Numbered from the stretch's first letter, positions 36,203 through 46,471 are shown. The stretch: 64,000 nt of DNA from an uncultured virus (IMG/VR IMGVR_UViG_3300011830_000001) (IMGVR_UViG_3300011830_000001:1-64000), one strand, 5' to 3'. Notes: generated from the letters alone by a model not told the origin. A program made the numbers and translations.

Positions 36203-39200
36203 ATGAACAAGATTCCTTTTGCCGTCGGGCAGGCAGCAGCGATTGCTGTCATGCAGCCGAACGCCGATGCCACCTACAGCAATGCTGCGGGTGGGTTAAG
36301 CGTTTTTGCGGGCATTCTGCCAGCTAAACGCGGCAAACCGCTCTCAGTGCTCCAACTGACTAAAGATAACTTCCTGAGCGTGCTGGGCGATGCGATTGCA
36401 CCGCATGACGGCATCGCCTTCGAGCCGATTCGCCACGTGCGCCAGGCGCTGAACGGCGGTAACGGCTATGTAGTCCGTGTGTGTCCTAAATCCATGCGTA
36501 TCCCGGTGCTGAAACTGCAACAGCCAGCCAGCAGCGCAAGCCAGGTGATCGACTTTAACCGCTCCGTCTTCAATACCGATCTGGACGCGCAGGCTGCCGA
36601 CGGCTACAGCCGCATTGTGCTGCAATTCACGCCGAAGGACTCAAAAGGCAACGTTATTACGGGCCTGGGTAAATCGGTTATCGGGTTTGCCGTATCTCCT
36701 GCTGCTGATGCGCAGATCTCCGCTGTGACCGAGAGTAACGGCGTTTACACTGCCTACCTGACGTCTACCGTGTCTGGTACGCTTAGCATTAGCGTTACGC
36801 AATCCGGCATCCCTATGCCGACCTTCTCGCGCTCTGTCGTGATGAAGCCTGCACACGTTGATACTGTGCGCTCCACGATTAGCGTAAGCCCTGGTGCTAT
36901 CACCGCGAACAACAGCGAAACTGCTATCGTCACCCTGATGGCCCGTGATGCGAGCAACGCGGCAATCACTGACGTTGATAACATCGATTTCGTTGTCACT
37001 GGCAACCAGGCTGTGAGCATCATTACCAAAAAGCCTTCTACCGACGGCAAAGGTAACTACTCCATCCAGGTGAAAGCGTCCGCGCCGGGCGATGCCACTA
37101 TCCAGGCACGCCAGGACGGTTCTAACATCGCTGGCATGGCTGCGGCATTGCAGGTTAAAGCGGTCAGCTCAAGCGTCACTCCAGTCATCGATCCGGCTAA
37201 CTCAAACATCCTGGTTTCTCCGGGTCAGATTGAAGCGAACAACAACGATCAGGCGACGATCACCTTCACGGCAGTAGATAATGCAGGCGCACCGCTGGCG
37301 GGCCTCACTGGCCTCTCATTCGTGGTATCCGGCGTTGCTGGTTATAACGTGAGTGCTATCACTGACAAGGGTGACGGTTCCTACACTGCCTCGATCTACT
37401 CTTCTGGTGATGGTGCGGCAATCATCAAGGCGCAGCTGGACGGAAAAGATATCGGCAGCAAAACCGCTTCCCTGTCCATCGTCAAAACTGCTGCTCCGGT
37501 CATCAACGCCAATCAGTCCTCCCTGACCCGCAGCCCTGCTACCATTGCGGCAGACGGCAAGGCAGCAAGCGTCATTACCTTCCTGGCGGTTGACACCACG
37601 GGCGCGAAAATGACCGGGCTGGCCTCTCGCCTGGCATTCAACGTGAACGCCAGCGGGGCCACCATTGACCAGATCGTCGAAAACGCGGGTTCCCCAGGCT
37701 CCTACTCTGCCAACCTGACCGCTACCAAAACGGGATCTTTTGCGGTATCCGTATCACTGGATAACGTGCTGGTGGGCGTGCAGAGCGTGTCTGTCACCGT
37801 TGCCCCGGTTAACATCAATGGCGTGGATGCAGCTAAATCCGTGCTGAATGCCAGCATCAGTGCCGGGATCGCAGGGGATGACACTGCTACGCTGACCTTT
37901 GAAGCCAAAACTGCTTCGGGCAACGCGGTAACGGGCCTGACTGATGTGACATTCCATCTGTCCAACTATCCGGGCGAGCAGGCTCTCAGAGCGACGGAAT
38001 ATACCCCTGGCACCTATACAGCAGATCTGCCACTGGCAGGCGTGGGTGATATTGCCGTAACTGTGTCCGCTAACGGTGCACTGGTGCAGGGTAAAGCCCT
38101 GAACATTACCGTTAAGCCGGGTGCAGACGAAGGCAGTTCTGATTTCACCCTGTCCAAAGCCGCAGGCACGGCGGGGAGTGACACCACCGATCTGGCGTTT
38201 ACGGCGAGAGATACGAATGGCGACGCGGTGACTGGCCTGAGCGTTACCGTGGACATTACAACTGCCAGCGGTAAGGCAACCATCAAAATGCCGGAAGACG
38301 GCATTACGGGCGTGTATAAGCTCCATTATGTGATGGTTGAAGCGGGTAGCGTGGCCTTTGCAATTAACGTCGGCGGTAAAGCGCTGGCGGCGGCGAAATA
38401 CAGTAAAACGATTACTGTTGCCAACCCTGTGCAGCTCATCGACCCGGCTAAATACAAGGTTAGCGTCTCCCCTGCTTCCGCTGTTGCTGATGGCACTGCT
38501 GTTGTTACCGTGACTCTGGAGCCTATCGCTGCGGCGGACAAAGTGGAAGGTCTCACTAACCTGACCCTGGGCCACACTGAATCTACAGTGATGACGCAGT
38601 ATGTCACCGCCAACAAATTTGTCGAAGACGCCGCCACCAAAGGGACGTATACGGCAACTGTTACCTCGACTCTGCAAGGTGCCGTACAGCTCGTTGCACA
38701 GGAAGCAGGTGCGAACCTCACTGGCCTGAAAACGTCGGCAACGTTTACCGCGAATGCCGATAACGTAGACAAATCCAAGTCCAGCCTGGTGCTGTCTAAA
38801 AAGTCCATCATCGCTGATGGCAACGATACCACCAACGTCAACTACACGGCGAACGACAAAGAAGGCCAGCCGATTATCGGGCTGACCAACGTAACCGCAG
38901 TTGTTTCCGGCGTGACAGGTATCACCATCAACCCGACTACCCTGTCTAACGGCGGCAATGGCGTTTACACCACCACCATCAAAGGCAACAAAGATGGCTC
39001 TGCGACCGTAGACATCAAAGTTGGCACCCAGGACGGGATCGCTACGCCGCAGACGCTGACGCTTGCCGTGGTGGCACCAGTTGCGGATGTGAGTGGCGCG
39101 GGCGGTTCGTTCTCTGTTTCGTCCAATACAGCTGTAGCTGATGGATCCACGTCTGTCGTGGCTACCCTGGTGCTGGTGGATACCAAAGGCCAACCGTTTA

Positions 39201-41788
39201 CAGGCGCAGCGGGCGATCTGACGCTGGATGCTGGTAACGTGTCTGGTGTAACTGCGGGTACGTTCACCGAAACTGCGACCCTCGGTACTTATACCGCTAA
39301 TGTAAAAGCCTCGACTGCCGTTGCCTCGCTGATGCTGAAAGCGAACTACAAGGGCACGCTGATCCCAGGCTTCACCAAAACCGTGACCTTTACTGCGGCT
39401 CCGCGTGTCGATTTCGATGCAGCTGACACCACTATCGCTGTACACGGCGGAACGGGTACGGCGAACAATGAGGTCACGCTGTGCTACGGCTCAACCACTA
39501 CTGATATTGTGCTCGACCTGCACTTTGTCAAAGATGGCAATCCGGTAACGGGTATCTCCAACGTTACGCTGACAAGCTCCGATCCGTCCGTGCAGTGTGG
39601 CGCAATCACAGCAGCTGTCCCGGCGTCCGCTGGTGATTACACCGCTACTCTCAAAGTCAGCAAAAAAGGCACCTTCACCGTTACGCTGGTGGATGATGGC
39701 GCTGACACCACCGTCACTCTGGCTGTTAAAGTTCTGGCCTCGAAAGCGTCCAGCATTAACATCGGCAATTCCAGCTTTACCGCATCAGCGAGCAGCCTGG
39801 CTGCGGGCGGTACCGATACAGTTAGCCTGACCTTTACTGCGAAAGACGATGCCACTCCGACGCCGGGCGCGGTCTCTGGCCTGCTGCCTGATCTGACCTT
39901 TGCGCCGAAAGCAGCGAACGCGAAAATCCACATCGGGACGATCTCCGAGGGCGCTGATAGCAACGGTGTGTACACTGCAACTGTGACGGGTGATACCGGC
40001 TTTGCGACCACTGAAATCGTCGTGAAATGGAAAGGCGCACAGATCGGCACTTTCTCCAGCATCATCACTGAGAAGGCTGTCACGACCCCAGCCACGCAGT
40101 CGATTGACCCGGAAGAGTCTGTCTTTACAGCAGTTCCTGCCACGTTCACTGACGACGGTTCTGACTCGATCACGCTGACCTTCACCGCGAAGGACAACAC
40201 CTCGGGCCATGCCAATATGAGTGGCCTGAACGTTGTATTTGAAGCGGCGGCGACCACTACGGGCCTGATCATTGGCTCCGCGACAGAAGTGGGTACCTCC
40301 GGCGTTTATCAGGCCGAAGTGACGTCCACTGCGCAATTCACGGATCTTCAAATCGACGTCTACATTGGCGGATCTAAGGCCAGCGGCGGCGTGAAAGTAG
40401 CGATCCCGACAGCGAAAGCCGTGAAGGTAACGTGTACTGACCACACATCCCCTGTCACTGCTTCGCGCATGGTGACTCAAATCAACGGGCCATACTCTGC
40501 TGCCTCTGTTGCGTCAACCAGCGCGGTAACGTACGCAGCGCCTGTTGCAGCCAGCCAGGCTATCACCATCGCGTCTACCACCATCAGCGTGGGGCAGGAT
40601 GTTGTGCTCGGTGACAATGACCTGATGGCTATCTACGTGGACGATGGCGATGCGTCTACAGACCGTCAGATCACACTGTCACCGCAGGATGATGGCCTCT
40701 GGCTGCTGACGCTGGAGCAGCTCGTTACGGGCGGAACGAAAGTGCTGGAGTCCATCGAATTCAGCCTGTCCACGAGCGCGATTGATGACATGGGCCTCCC
40801 GGCTTACCTGCCTACCAAACTGGAAAACAGCAACTCTCGCCTGCGTGCTGTGGTAGCGAAAGATGCAGAATTCCCGCTGGGCTTTACGGGGATCGCAGAT
40901 CCGGCGCTGTTCGTGGGTGGCTCAGATGGCGATCTGGACTCCCTGACGCCGGACGACTACGCGCAGGCGCTCAGCGTTCTGTCCGCCTCAATGGTGAACT
41001 ACACCGCCGTGCTGGGCCTGGGTTGTTATGACGATATTGTGCTGCATTCCCTGGCACAACACGCCTCAGACGTCCGCGTTGATATGTTCTGTGATATCCG
41101 TCCTGGCCTCTCCGGCACGCAGGCTATCACGGCAGCAGCAGCGCAAAACTTTGGCGGCTATGCCAACGTGGCCCGTTACCACTTCCCGTATTCCTCCAAA
41201 GACCCGATCTCCGGGGCACAGATGGTTTACGGCCTTTCTGGTGATGTGTTTACCGCGAAAGCCAAAGGCGTTGCGCTTAACAACGACGTCGGCGGCTGGC
41301 ACTACAACCCGGCTGGCCCGGCCCGCGCAACGCTGGATCGCGCCAACATCAAGCCACTGCCTGGCGCGGCTTCCATCGACCGTGAAGCGTATGTGACGGC
41401 CCGTATCAACCCGGTAGCAGTCGGCTCTGACGGCTCTGTTGTGATTGACGATGAGCTGACTACCTGGAGCAAGAATAACTACCTGCGCTTCCAGCACGTC
41501 AACTCCACGTTGAACGCCATCGCACGTGCCGCCTATGACATTTGCCAGAGTCTCAAACACGAGCCGGACGGCATTACCCGTAATGGCCTGACCAAAGAGC
41601 TGACCCGCCTGCTGGAGCGCTACGTTGCCTCCGCCGCGCTGGTAACGCCACGCGATGCGACTCAGGGGACTTCGCCTTTCGTGGTTGAAGTGACTCAGGC
41701 CGAATTCGATCTGTGGAACATTCGCCTGTTCGTTTGTCCGACTGGCGTGGCCCGTCGCATGAGCGTTGAACCGATCCTGTTCCGTTAA
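36203..41788 (+). CDS. tail sheath protein gp22 with about 12 inserted invasin-type Ig domains (1861 aa)
   Basis: P1 sheath N- and C-termini (RGKP.SVL, NNYLRFQHV, CPTGVARR) flank 12 Big-like repeats at about 36550-40430. Confidence 0.92.
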   Translation: MNKIPFAVGQAAAIAVMQPNADATYSNAAGGLSVFAGILPAKRGKPLSVLQLTKDNFLSVLGDAIAPHDGIAFEPIRHVRQALNGGNGYVVRVCPKSMRIPVLKLQQPASSASQVIDFNRSVFNTDLDAQAADGYSRIVLQFTPKDSKGNVITGLGKSVIGFAVSPAADAQISAVTESNGVYTAYLTSTVSGTLSISVTQSGIPMPTFSRSVVMKPAHVDTVRSTISVSPGAITANNSETAIVTLMARDASNAAITDVDNIDFVVTGNQAVSIITKKPSTDGKGNYSIQVKASAPGDATIQARQDGSNIAGMAAALQVKAVSSSVTPVIDPANSNILVSPGQIEANNNDQATITFTAVDNAGAPLAGLTGLSFVVSGVAGYNVSAITDKGDGSYTASIYSSGDGAAIIKAQLDGKDIGSKTASLSIVKTAAPVINANQSSLTRSPATIAADGKAASVITFLAVDTTGAKMTGLASRLAFNVNASGATIDQIVENAGSPGSYSANLTATKTGSFAVSVSLDNVLVGVQSVSVTVAPVNINGVDAAKSVLNASISAGIAGDDTATLTFEAKTASGNAVTGLTDVTFHLSNYPGEQALRATEYTPGTYTADLPLAGVGDIAVTVSANGALVQGKALNITVKPGADEGSSDFTLSKAAGTAGSDTTDLAFTARDTNGDAVTGLSVTVDITTASGKATIKMPEDGITGVYKLHYVMVEAGSVAFAINVGGKALAAAKYSKTITVANPVQLIDPAKYKVSVSPASAVADGTAVVTVTLEPIAAADKVEGLTNLTLGHTESTVMTQYVTANKFVEDAATKGTYTATVTSTLQGAVQLVAQEAGANLTGLKTSATFTANADNVDKSKSSLVLSKKSIIADGNDTTNVNYTANDKEGQPIIGLTNVTAVVSGVTGITINPTTLSNGGNGVYTTTIKGNKDGSATVDIKVGTQDGIATPQTLTLAVVAPVADVSGAGGSFSVSSNTAVADGSTSVVATLVLVDTKGQPFTGAAGDLTLDAGNVSGVTAGTFTETATLGTYTANVKASTAVASLMLKANYKGTLIPGFTKTVTFTAAPRVDFDAADTTIAVHGGTGTANNEVTLCYGSTTTDIVLDLHFVKDGNPVTGISNVTLTSSDPSVQCGAITAAVPASAGDYTATLKVSKKGTFTVTLVDDGADTTVTLAVKVLASKASSINIGNSSFTASASSLAAGGTDTVSLTFTAKDDATPTPGAVSGLLPDLTFAPKAANAKIHIGTISEGADSNGVYTATVTGDTGFATTEIVVKWKGAQIGTFSSIITEKAVTTPATQSIDPEESVFTAVPATFTDDGSDSITLTFTAKDNTSGHANMSGLNVVFEAAATTTGLIIGSATEVGTSGVYQAEVTSTAQFTDLQIDVYIGGSKASGGVKVAIPTAKAVKVTCTDHTSPVTASRMVTQINGPYSAASVASTSAVTYAAPVAASQAITIASTTISVGQDVVLGDNDLMAIYVDDGDASTDRQITLSPQDDGLWLLTLEQLVTGGTKVLESIEFSLSTSAIDDMGLPAYLPTKLENSNSRLRAVVAKDAEFPLGFTGIADPALFVGGSDGDLDSLTPDDYAQALSVLSASMVNYTAVLGLGCYDDIVLHSLAQHASDVRVDMFCDIRPGLSGTQAITAAAAQNFGGYANVARYHFPYSSKDPISGAQMVYGLSGDVFTAKAKGVALNNDVGGWHYNPAGPARATLDRANIKPLPGAASIDREAYVTARINPVAVGSDGSVVIDDELTTWSKNNYLRFQHVNSTLNAIARAAYDICQSLKHEPDGITRNGLTKELTRLLERYVASAALVTPRDATQGTSPFVVEVTQAEFDLWNIRLFVCPTGVARRMSVEPILFR

Positions 41789-41827
41789 TACTGGTGGCCC
41801 CCGTGGGGGCCATTTTTGAGGTGAAAA

Positions 41828-42670
41828 ATGAAAGACAAATTTCGTCAAGGCTTGCTGAATAGCTCCCTGTCCTATGCCTTTGCAACCCCGGTCGGCAACA
41901 TGATGCTGGAATCTGCCCGCCAGGAAAACGAGGCCGAAGCGCTACGCCTGAAAGAGCAGGAAGACGAGGCCAAAAAGGAGCAGGAGCGCACTGCCCTGCT
42001 GGAATCCGCAGAGCGCATTGTTGAAGAACGCCGCATTGAGCTGGAAGAACGTGAAGCAGCTGCGGCCCTGGCCCTGAAAAACGGTGAGCCGGAAATCATG
42101 TTCGCTAACGCGCTGATGGAAGCCGCTGCAACCAATGATCGCGGTACCGCTGCGGCATCCGTGCTCCAGTGGAAATCCGACGGCGACGCCTCCAGCGAAT
42201 CCTTTGAGGAATACGCCTTTGCGCTGGCAGGGATCTCCGATGACGAGACCGACCTGACTGACGACGAAGTAGACAACTTCAATACCCAGCTGGATCTGAT
42301 GGCGCAGGCTGCTATCGCGCTGGGCGCGAGTGCAGACGACGTGGCAACCATGATCGACGAGGACGACAGCGACGCGGCGCAGGCAGTAATTGATGCCATC
42401 AGTACCCCTGATGACGAAGACGCAGCAGTCGCCTCCTTCGCCGTCTCCGGCGGTGACAACGGCGCAATGATGGAAAGCGCCATGATGGAAGCGGCGATCA
42501 AAGTTGTTCGTAAGGGCCAGATTGTCCTGAAACGCAAGGTGCCGCACAAAGTCCGCCTGTCCAGCCTGCAAAAAGCAGCCCTGAAAAAGGCCCGGATGAA
42601 GGCGCATACCGCTATGGCGAATATGTCCCGTGCGAAGTCTATGAAGGTGCGCCGCAAGCGCGGTCTGTAA
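41828..42670 (+). CDS. P1 gp21-like protein (acidic body, basic C-terminus; probable head core)
   Basis: ALAGISDD, KVVRKG, QKAALKKARMKAHT...SMKVRRKRGL. Confidence 0.85.
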   Translation: MKDKFRQGLLNSSLSYAFATPVGNMMLESARQENEAEALRLKEQEDEAKKEQERTALLESAERIVEERRIELEEREAAAALALKNGEPEIMFANALMEAAATNDRGTAAASVLQWKSDGDASSESFEEYAFALAGISDDETDLTDDEVDNFNTQLDLMAQAAIALGASADDVATMIDEDDSDAAQAVIDAISTPDDEDAAVASFAVSGGDNGAMMESAMMEAAIKVVRKGQIVLKRKVPHKVRLSSLQKAALKKARMKAHTAMANMSRAKSMKVRRKRGL

Positions 42671-42709
42671 GTGATACGCCCCCGCTTTGCGGGGGCGCTG
42701 AGAGGTTGT

Positions 42710-43414
42710 ATGAACGTCTGTGGCGCAGTATTTCAGGACTCCGTGAGTCCATATCTGAAACTGTACATCACCGATTTGCTTAGCGGCGATTTCGTTGCGG
42801 GCTATATCGGGGAAGGCAGTACGGCGTCTCTCTCCGGGGAATGGTCATCACCGTTTAAATCCCTCGATCTTGCCTCGCTTGCGGGAGCCAGCGCAGCCAA
42901 AGGCGGCGGTATGCTGGCTGATGCTGCGGGGAAGCTCGGCGGTAAAGCGGGGGCGCTCGGAAGCGTAGTGTCCAATGGCATTTCCAACGCAGTAGGTAGC
43001 GCTGCTGGATCCGGCACGCTCTCCGCTGCGCTGTCAGCCTATGGGTATGCCACGGCGGCGCAGATTAACAGCCTGATGGTATGGGAAGGCCAGCAGCCAC
43101 CGCAATTTGCGATAGCTCTCGATCTGATTGCGCACTCTAACCCCTATCTGGAAGTGCAGCTCGCGATCAAGGTGCTGGAACAAATGTGCTCACCGCAGCT
43201 CGACGCGCTGACGCCCGGCGGACGCCCACCTAATACCGTCACATTCGATATTGGGCGGCGTATCAAACTGACCGACGTGATCATTACCGACGTCAGCTAT
43301 GACCTGTCCGCACCGAAGAACGCCGAAGGTTATTTCCTGGAGAACCGGGTCAGCCTGACCTGCTGCGGCTCGACGATGTACAACAAAGACGAATTCGATT
43401 CGATGTTTATTTAA
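42710..43414 (+). CDS. pmgG: PmgG tube-initiator/baseplate protein
   Basis: VSPYLK, NSLMVWEG..PP.F, IGRRI. Confidence 0.85.
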   Translation: MNVCGAVFQDSVSPYLKLYITDLLSGDFVAGYIGEGSTASLSGEWSSPFKSLDLASLAGASAAKGGGMLADAAGKLGGKAGALGSVVSNGISNAVGSAAGSGTLSAALSAYGYATAAQINSLMVWEGQQPPQFAIALDLIAHSNPYLEVQLAIKVLEQMCSPQLDALTPGGRPPNTVTFDIGRRIKLTDVIITDVSYDLSAPKNAEGYFLENRVSLTCCGSTMYNKDEFDSMFI

Positions 43415-43424
43415 GGATAAAGAT

Positions 43425-43916
43425 ATGCCTGGTTTTAGTAATGCAAAAGCGAACCTCGGCTTTGTTAAATCCCGCTACAACATGAACAAAGCAGCGGGTG
43501 AAAAGCTGATCGGCTCTGATTACTGGTTGATCATCAAGGGCTACGAAAAACTGTCCATTCTGGTGCGCACCGTGCAGCTCCCGGAAATTACCCGTGAAGA
43601 CGTTGAAGACGTGGCCCCCGGCGGCGCGAAATTCAGCCAGCACGGACCTTTCCGTAACTCCGGTGAAACCCAGGTGCAGTGCGTTGAGACCATTGAGGGC
43701 GATGTGCTGAAAGCCGTGCGCGATCTGGTCTTCAACAAGCGCTATGTGGATATCGATCTGTACCTGTCCTCTGAGTCCAAAGGTGGCCCTGGTGACACTC
43801 CGGTGTGCTCTATGGAAGACGTGAAAATTTACTGCGATGCAGTCGATTTCGCTTCCGAAGATACCACCGCCGTTGTGCGCCCTTCCCTGCGTCTGGTCTA
43901 TAACTGGCACGAATAA
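43425..43916 (+). CDS. bplB: BplB tail tube protein
   Basis: TREDVED, QHGP.RNSGE.QVQCVETIEGD, VRPSLRLVYNW. Confidence 0.9.
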   Translation: MPGFSNAKANLGFVKSRYNMNKAAGEKLIGSDYWLIIKGYEKLSILVRTVQLPEITREDVEDVAPGGAKFSQHGPFRNSGETQVQCVETIEGDVLKAVRDLVFNKRYVDIDLYLSSESKGGPGDTPVCSMEDVKIYCDAVDFASEDTTAVVRPSLRLVYNWHE

Positions 43917-43926
43917 GAGGCATTAA

Positions 43927-44475
43927 ATGAGCACACCTAAAGAGCTGTTGGAATCGGTGAAAACCCGGTTTGCCCCGCTACTGGTAACGGATGAGAAAGC
44001 CCTCGATCAGATGCTGATTAAGGCGCTCACCACATACCAGGATCGGGCCGGATATGCTCGGCGTGCCATTTTGACGGGTACGGATACATGCTATCCGTAC
44101 CCGGATGATTATCTTGAACTCATCCACGTTATCGACAATCGCGGCGGACTGGTGCTGGCAGATCCTTACGATCAGCTCCTGCTACAGCCCGACCGCCGCA
44201 GCGTGCGACCGTTCACCCTCGTTTACCTGGTGAACCTGCGTGAGGTCAATTTAGAAGAATGGCAAATCCCGGCAAGCATTATCGGCTACCTCGATGACTA
44301 CCTGTACCACCTCATTCTGATGGCAAACACCGAGCGCGTCCGCCGCGTGAGTATCTCGGGCAAGCTCGACGTGAGCGCCCTGCCGGATGAAGTCACCCTG
44401 TACCAGCGTAAGATCGACCTTGAAACCGCGATGAGTGCCAACCGCGCAATCATCACGGGTGCAACCATGCTTTAA
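43927..44475 (+). CDS. pmgC: PmgC head-tail adaptor
   Basis: TYQDRAG, GKLD.S.L.DE.TLYQRK.DLE. Confidence 0.9.
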   Translation: MSTPKELLESVKTRFAPLLVTDEKALDQMLIKALTTYQDRAGYARRAILTGTDTCYPYPDDYLELIHVIDNRGGLVLADPYDQLLLQPDRRSVRPFTLVYLVNLREVNLEEWQIPASIIGYLDDYLYHLILMANTERVRRVSISGKLDVSALPDEVTLYQRKIDLETAMSANRAIITGATML

Positions 44476-44486
44476 GGACAAGCGCC

Positions 44487-45230
44487 GTGAACCTGTTTAA
44501 ATCGATACTCAACGAAGGCCTGGGCTTCAACAACCTGAAAGATTTCGGTAAGGCGCTCGGCGGCGACTTTATCAATAACCTGCTGGAGCGCTCTATAGGG
44601 GCGCTGAGCAACCAGCAGGGCTACGCTGGCCCTTCGGGCGATATGGTGGCGCAAAAGGCCATGATGAAGGCCGCGCTGCGCATGATGTACCAGCAGGGCT
44701 GGCAGTTTGCCGTTGAGGTGGACGGATTTAAAGATTTCAGGATGTTCTGTAAAGACATTACCTATGCGCCTGTGACCATCGAGACGATGAGCAAGCAGAT
44801 CGGCGGCGGCAACTTTAACCGCCCGCAGGCCAAAACGGTGAACACGGTCGCTATGACTGTGCGCGATACCTCCAATAACCAGATAAAGGACTGGTTTACG
44901 GCGCGTGCTAAGCGTGTCGTCAACGATGACGGCACCCTGAACGTGCCCTCTCAATACCTGATGAACCTGACGATCTACAACCTGGGGCATGACGGCACTT
45001 TTACCGTAGCTGATCAATACAAGGTTTATCCGTCTGGCCTGGGCGATATCACGCGCTCTCTCGACCAGGTGACGGAGTTTTTCAGCTACCCGATCACCTT
45101 CACCATTTACAGCAGCTTTAGCGGCGGCGCGGGTGGCGTCGGCGAAATGATGAAAGGTGCTATCACGGGTATTGGCACGTCGTTTGTGAAAGGTGCGATC
45201 AGCGAAGTGACCAACCTGATTAAGTTTTAA
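44487..45230 (+). CDS. tub: Tub tube-related baseplate protein
   Basis: QGWQFAVEVDG, KDITY, DGTLNVPSQYL, DQVTEF. Confidence 0.88.
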   Translation: MNLFKSILNEGLGFNNLKDFGKALGGDFINNLLERSIGALSNQQGYAGPSGDMVAQKAMMKAALRMMYQQGWQFAVEVDGFKDFRMFCKDITYAPVTIETMSKQIGGGNFNRPQAKTVNTVAMTVRDTSNNQIKDWFTARAKRVVNDDGTLNVPSQYLMNLTIYNLGHDGTFTVADQYKVYPSGLGDITRSLDQVTEFFSYPITFTIYSSFSGGAGGVGEMMKGAITGIGTSFVKGAISEVTNLIKF

Positions 45231-45243
45231 GGACAAGTGAGCT

Positions 45244-46131
45244 ATGCAGATCCCTTTATTCCCGCTGCCGTCGAACATCACGACGGAAATTAATTTCGGT
45301 ATGCCTTCCGTGCAGATGGCTATGGACTATTGCAGTGCAGACGCCACACAGGAAGAAGCGCTCACCACGCGCTATCTGAACGAGCTACAGCGCCCCGGAG
45401 ACGCTTTCCGGGATAGTGCGTTATGGACAGCACAGGATCGCCGTACGGCGCTCTGGTGGGTTTTCACAAACAGCCGCATTGATACCATGCTGACCTGCTC
45501 CTATATGTGCCCGCACTGCGGCGATATCCATTTTGTCGATACCGATATGCGGGAACTGGCGGACGGTCTGGAGGTGCTGAGCGAAGGTGCAACCAGCGAA
45601 TACGAAGGTACCCGGAAAGACGAGCCTGTCACGCTGACGATCACCCACCTGGACGGACGCGCTATGGTGCATCTTGAAAGCCTGCGCGCGCAGCTGCCGC
45701 CGGAAGACAGCGACGAATTCAGGGCCGAGTGGATAAACCTGCGCATGATCGAGATAGCTCACCAGCTGCGCTTCCCGGACGAGCCGGAGGACTTTCTTGC
45801 CGCTGCGGAGTACCGCTATAACGCGCTCAGGGAAATGGATCTGGAAATGGAGTTTCAGCCGCTGGTGGCCTCCGTTCAGCTGTTTAACCGCCGCAATGCT
45901 CACGGCCTTGATATCGCCATCAACAAGGGTGTGACCGTCCTTAATCTCCCCGATCATCCGTGTCCTAAATCCGGTAAGGAGGGTGCCGCGCCGTTGTTCA
46001 CGCCGCTGCACCTGCCATTTCGGAATAGCCAATTCCTTCCGAATTTTCGATCTGAGTGGCTGGGATACGCTGACGAACAATCTCGCGCTGTACGGCAATC
46101 AGCCGATTGGAGACGTACTCCGGCTGGCTGA
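45244..46131 (+). CDS. pmgB: PmgB, probable tail assembly chaperone
   Basis: PLFPLPS, WTAQDRRTALWW, CPHCG; precedes the tape measure gene. Confidence 0.85.
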   Translation: MQIPLFPLPSNITTEINFGMPSVQMAMDYCSADATQEEALTTRYLNELQRPGDAFRDSALWTAQDRRTALWWVFTNSRIDTMLTCSYMCPHCGDIHFVDTDMRELADGLEVLSEGATSEYEGTRKDEPVTLTITHLDGRAMVHLESLRAQLPPEDSDEFRAEWINLRMIEIAHQLRFPDEPEDFLAAAEYRYNALREMDLEMEFQPLVASVQLFNRRNAHGLDIAINKGVTVLNLPDHPCPKSGKEGAAPLFTPLHLPFRNSQFLPNFRSEWLGYADEQSRAVRQSADWRRTPAG

Positions 46132-46209
46132 ATGGAAGGCGATCCGGCTCAACGAAGCACTTGAGAACAAGTACAAAAAGCAGCCAGCTTAGCGCCATTC
46201 ATCAGTCCC

Positions 46210-46251
46210 TTATCTGGCGCTTGTTTGTCTAAATAAATAAGCGCCAGATAA
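46210..46251. other. long hairpin/palindrome
   Basis: TTATCTGGCGCTT (46210-46222) / AAGCGCCAGATAA (46239-46251). Confidence 0.7.
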
Positions 46252-46323
46252 CAGCCAATACAAGGCACTTAGGGACTGTTTACGTAAAATTTAAGTGCTC
46301 CTTTTTTGCCTCTTGTCGCCTCC

Positions 46324-46428
46324 GCTAATTAAATGTCAGTAAAATGGCAATTAGTAGGCATTCAAGGAGCATTTAAAAGGCAATTAACAGCAGCGTTCAA
46401 GCCAGTGACCTTATAACGGCATTTTAAG
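46324..46428. repeat. 11-bp degenerate tandem repeats, candidate centromere
   Basis: GCTAATTAAAT|GTCAGTAAAAT|GGCAATTAGTA|GGCATTCAAGG|AGCATTTAAAA|GGCAATTAACA, plus GGCATTTTAAG at 46418. Confidence 0.65.
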
Positions 46429-46471
46429 TGCTAGTTATGAGACAGATAGCGATCTATTAAATGGCGGTTAT

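Noticed and set aside
37754..39445. 563-aa minus-strand ORF and other long antisense ORFs such as 35199-36125 and 41872-42657
   Set aside because: Shadows of strongly codon-biased plus-strand structural genes, with no RBS or recognisable motifs.
36550..40430. Possibility that the Ig repeats belong to a bacterial invasin gene or a misassembly
   Set aside because: They are in frame within a sheath protein, there is no signal peptide or beta-barrel, the repeats are highly diverged from each other, and the second sheath has an insert at the same point.
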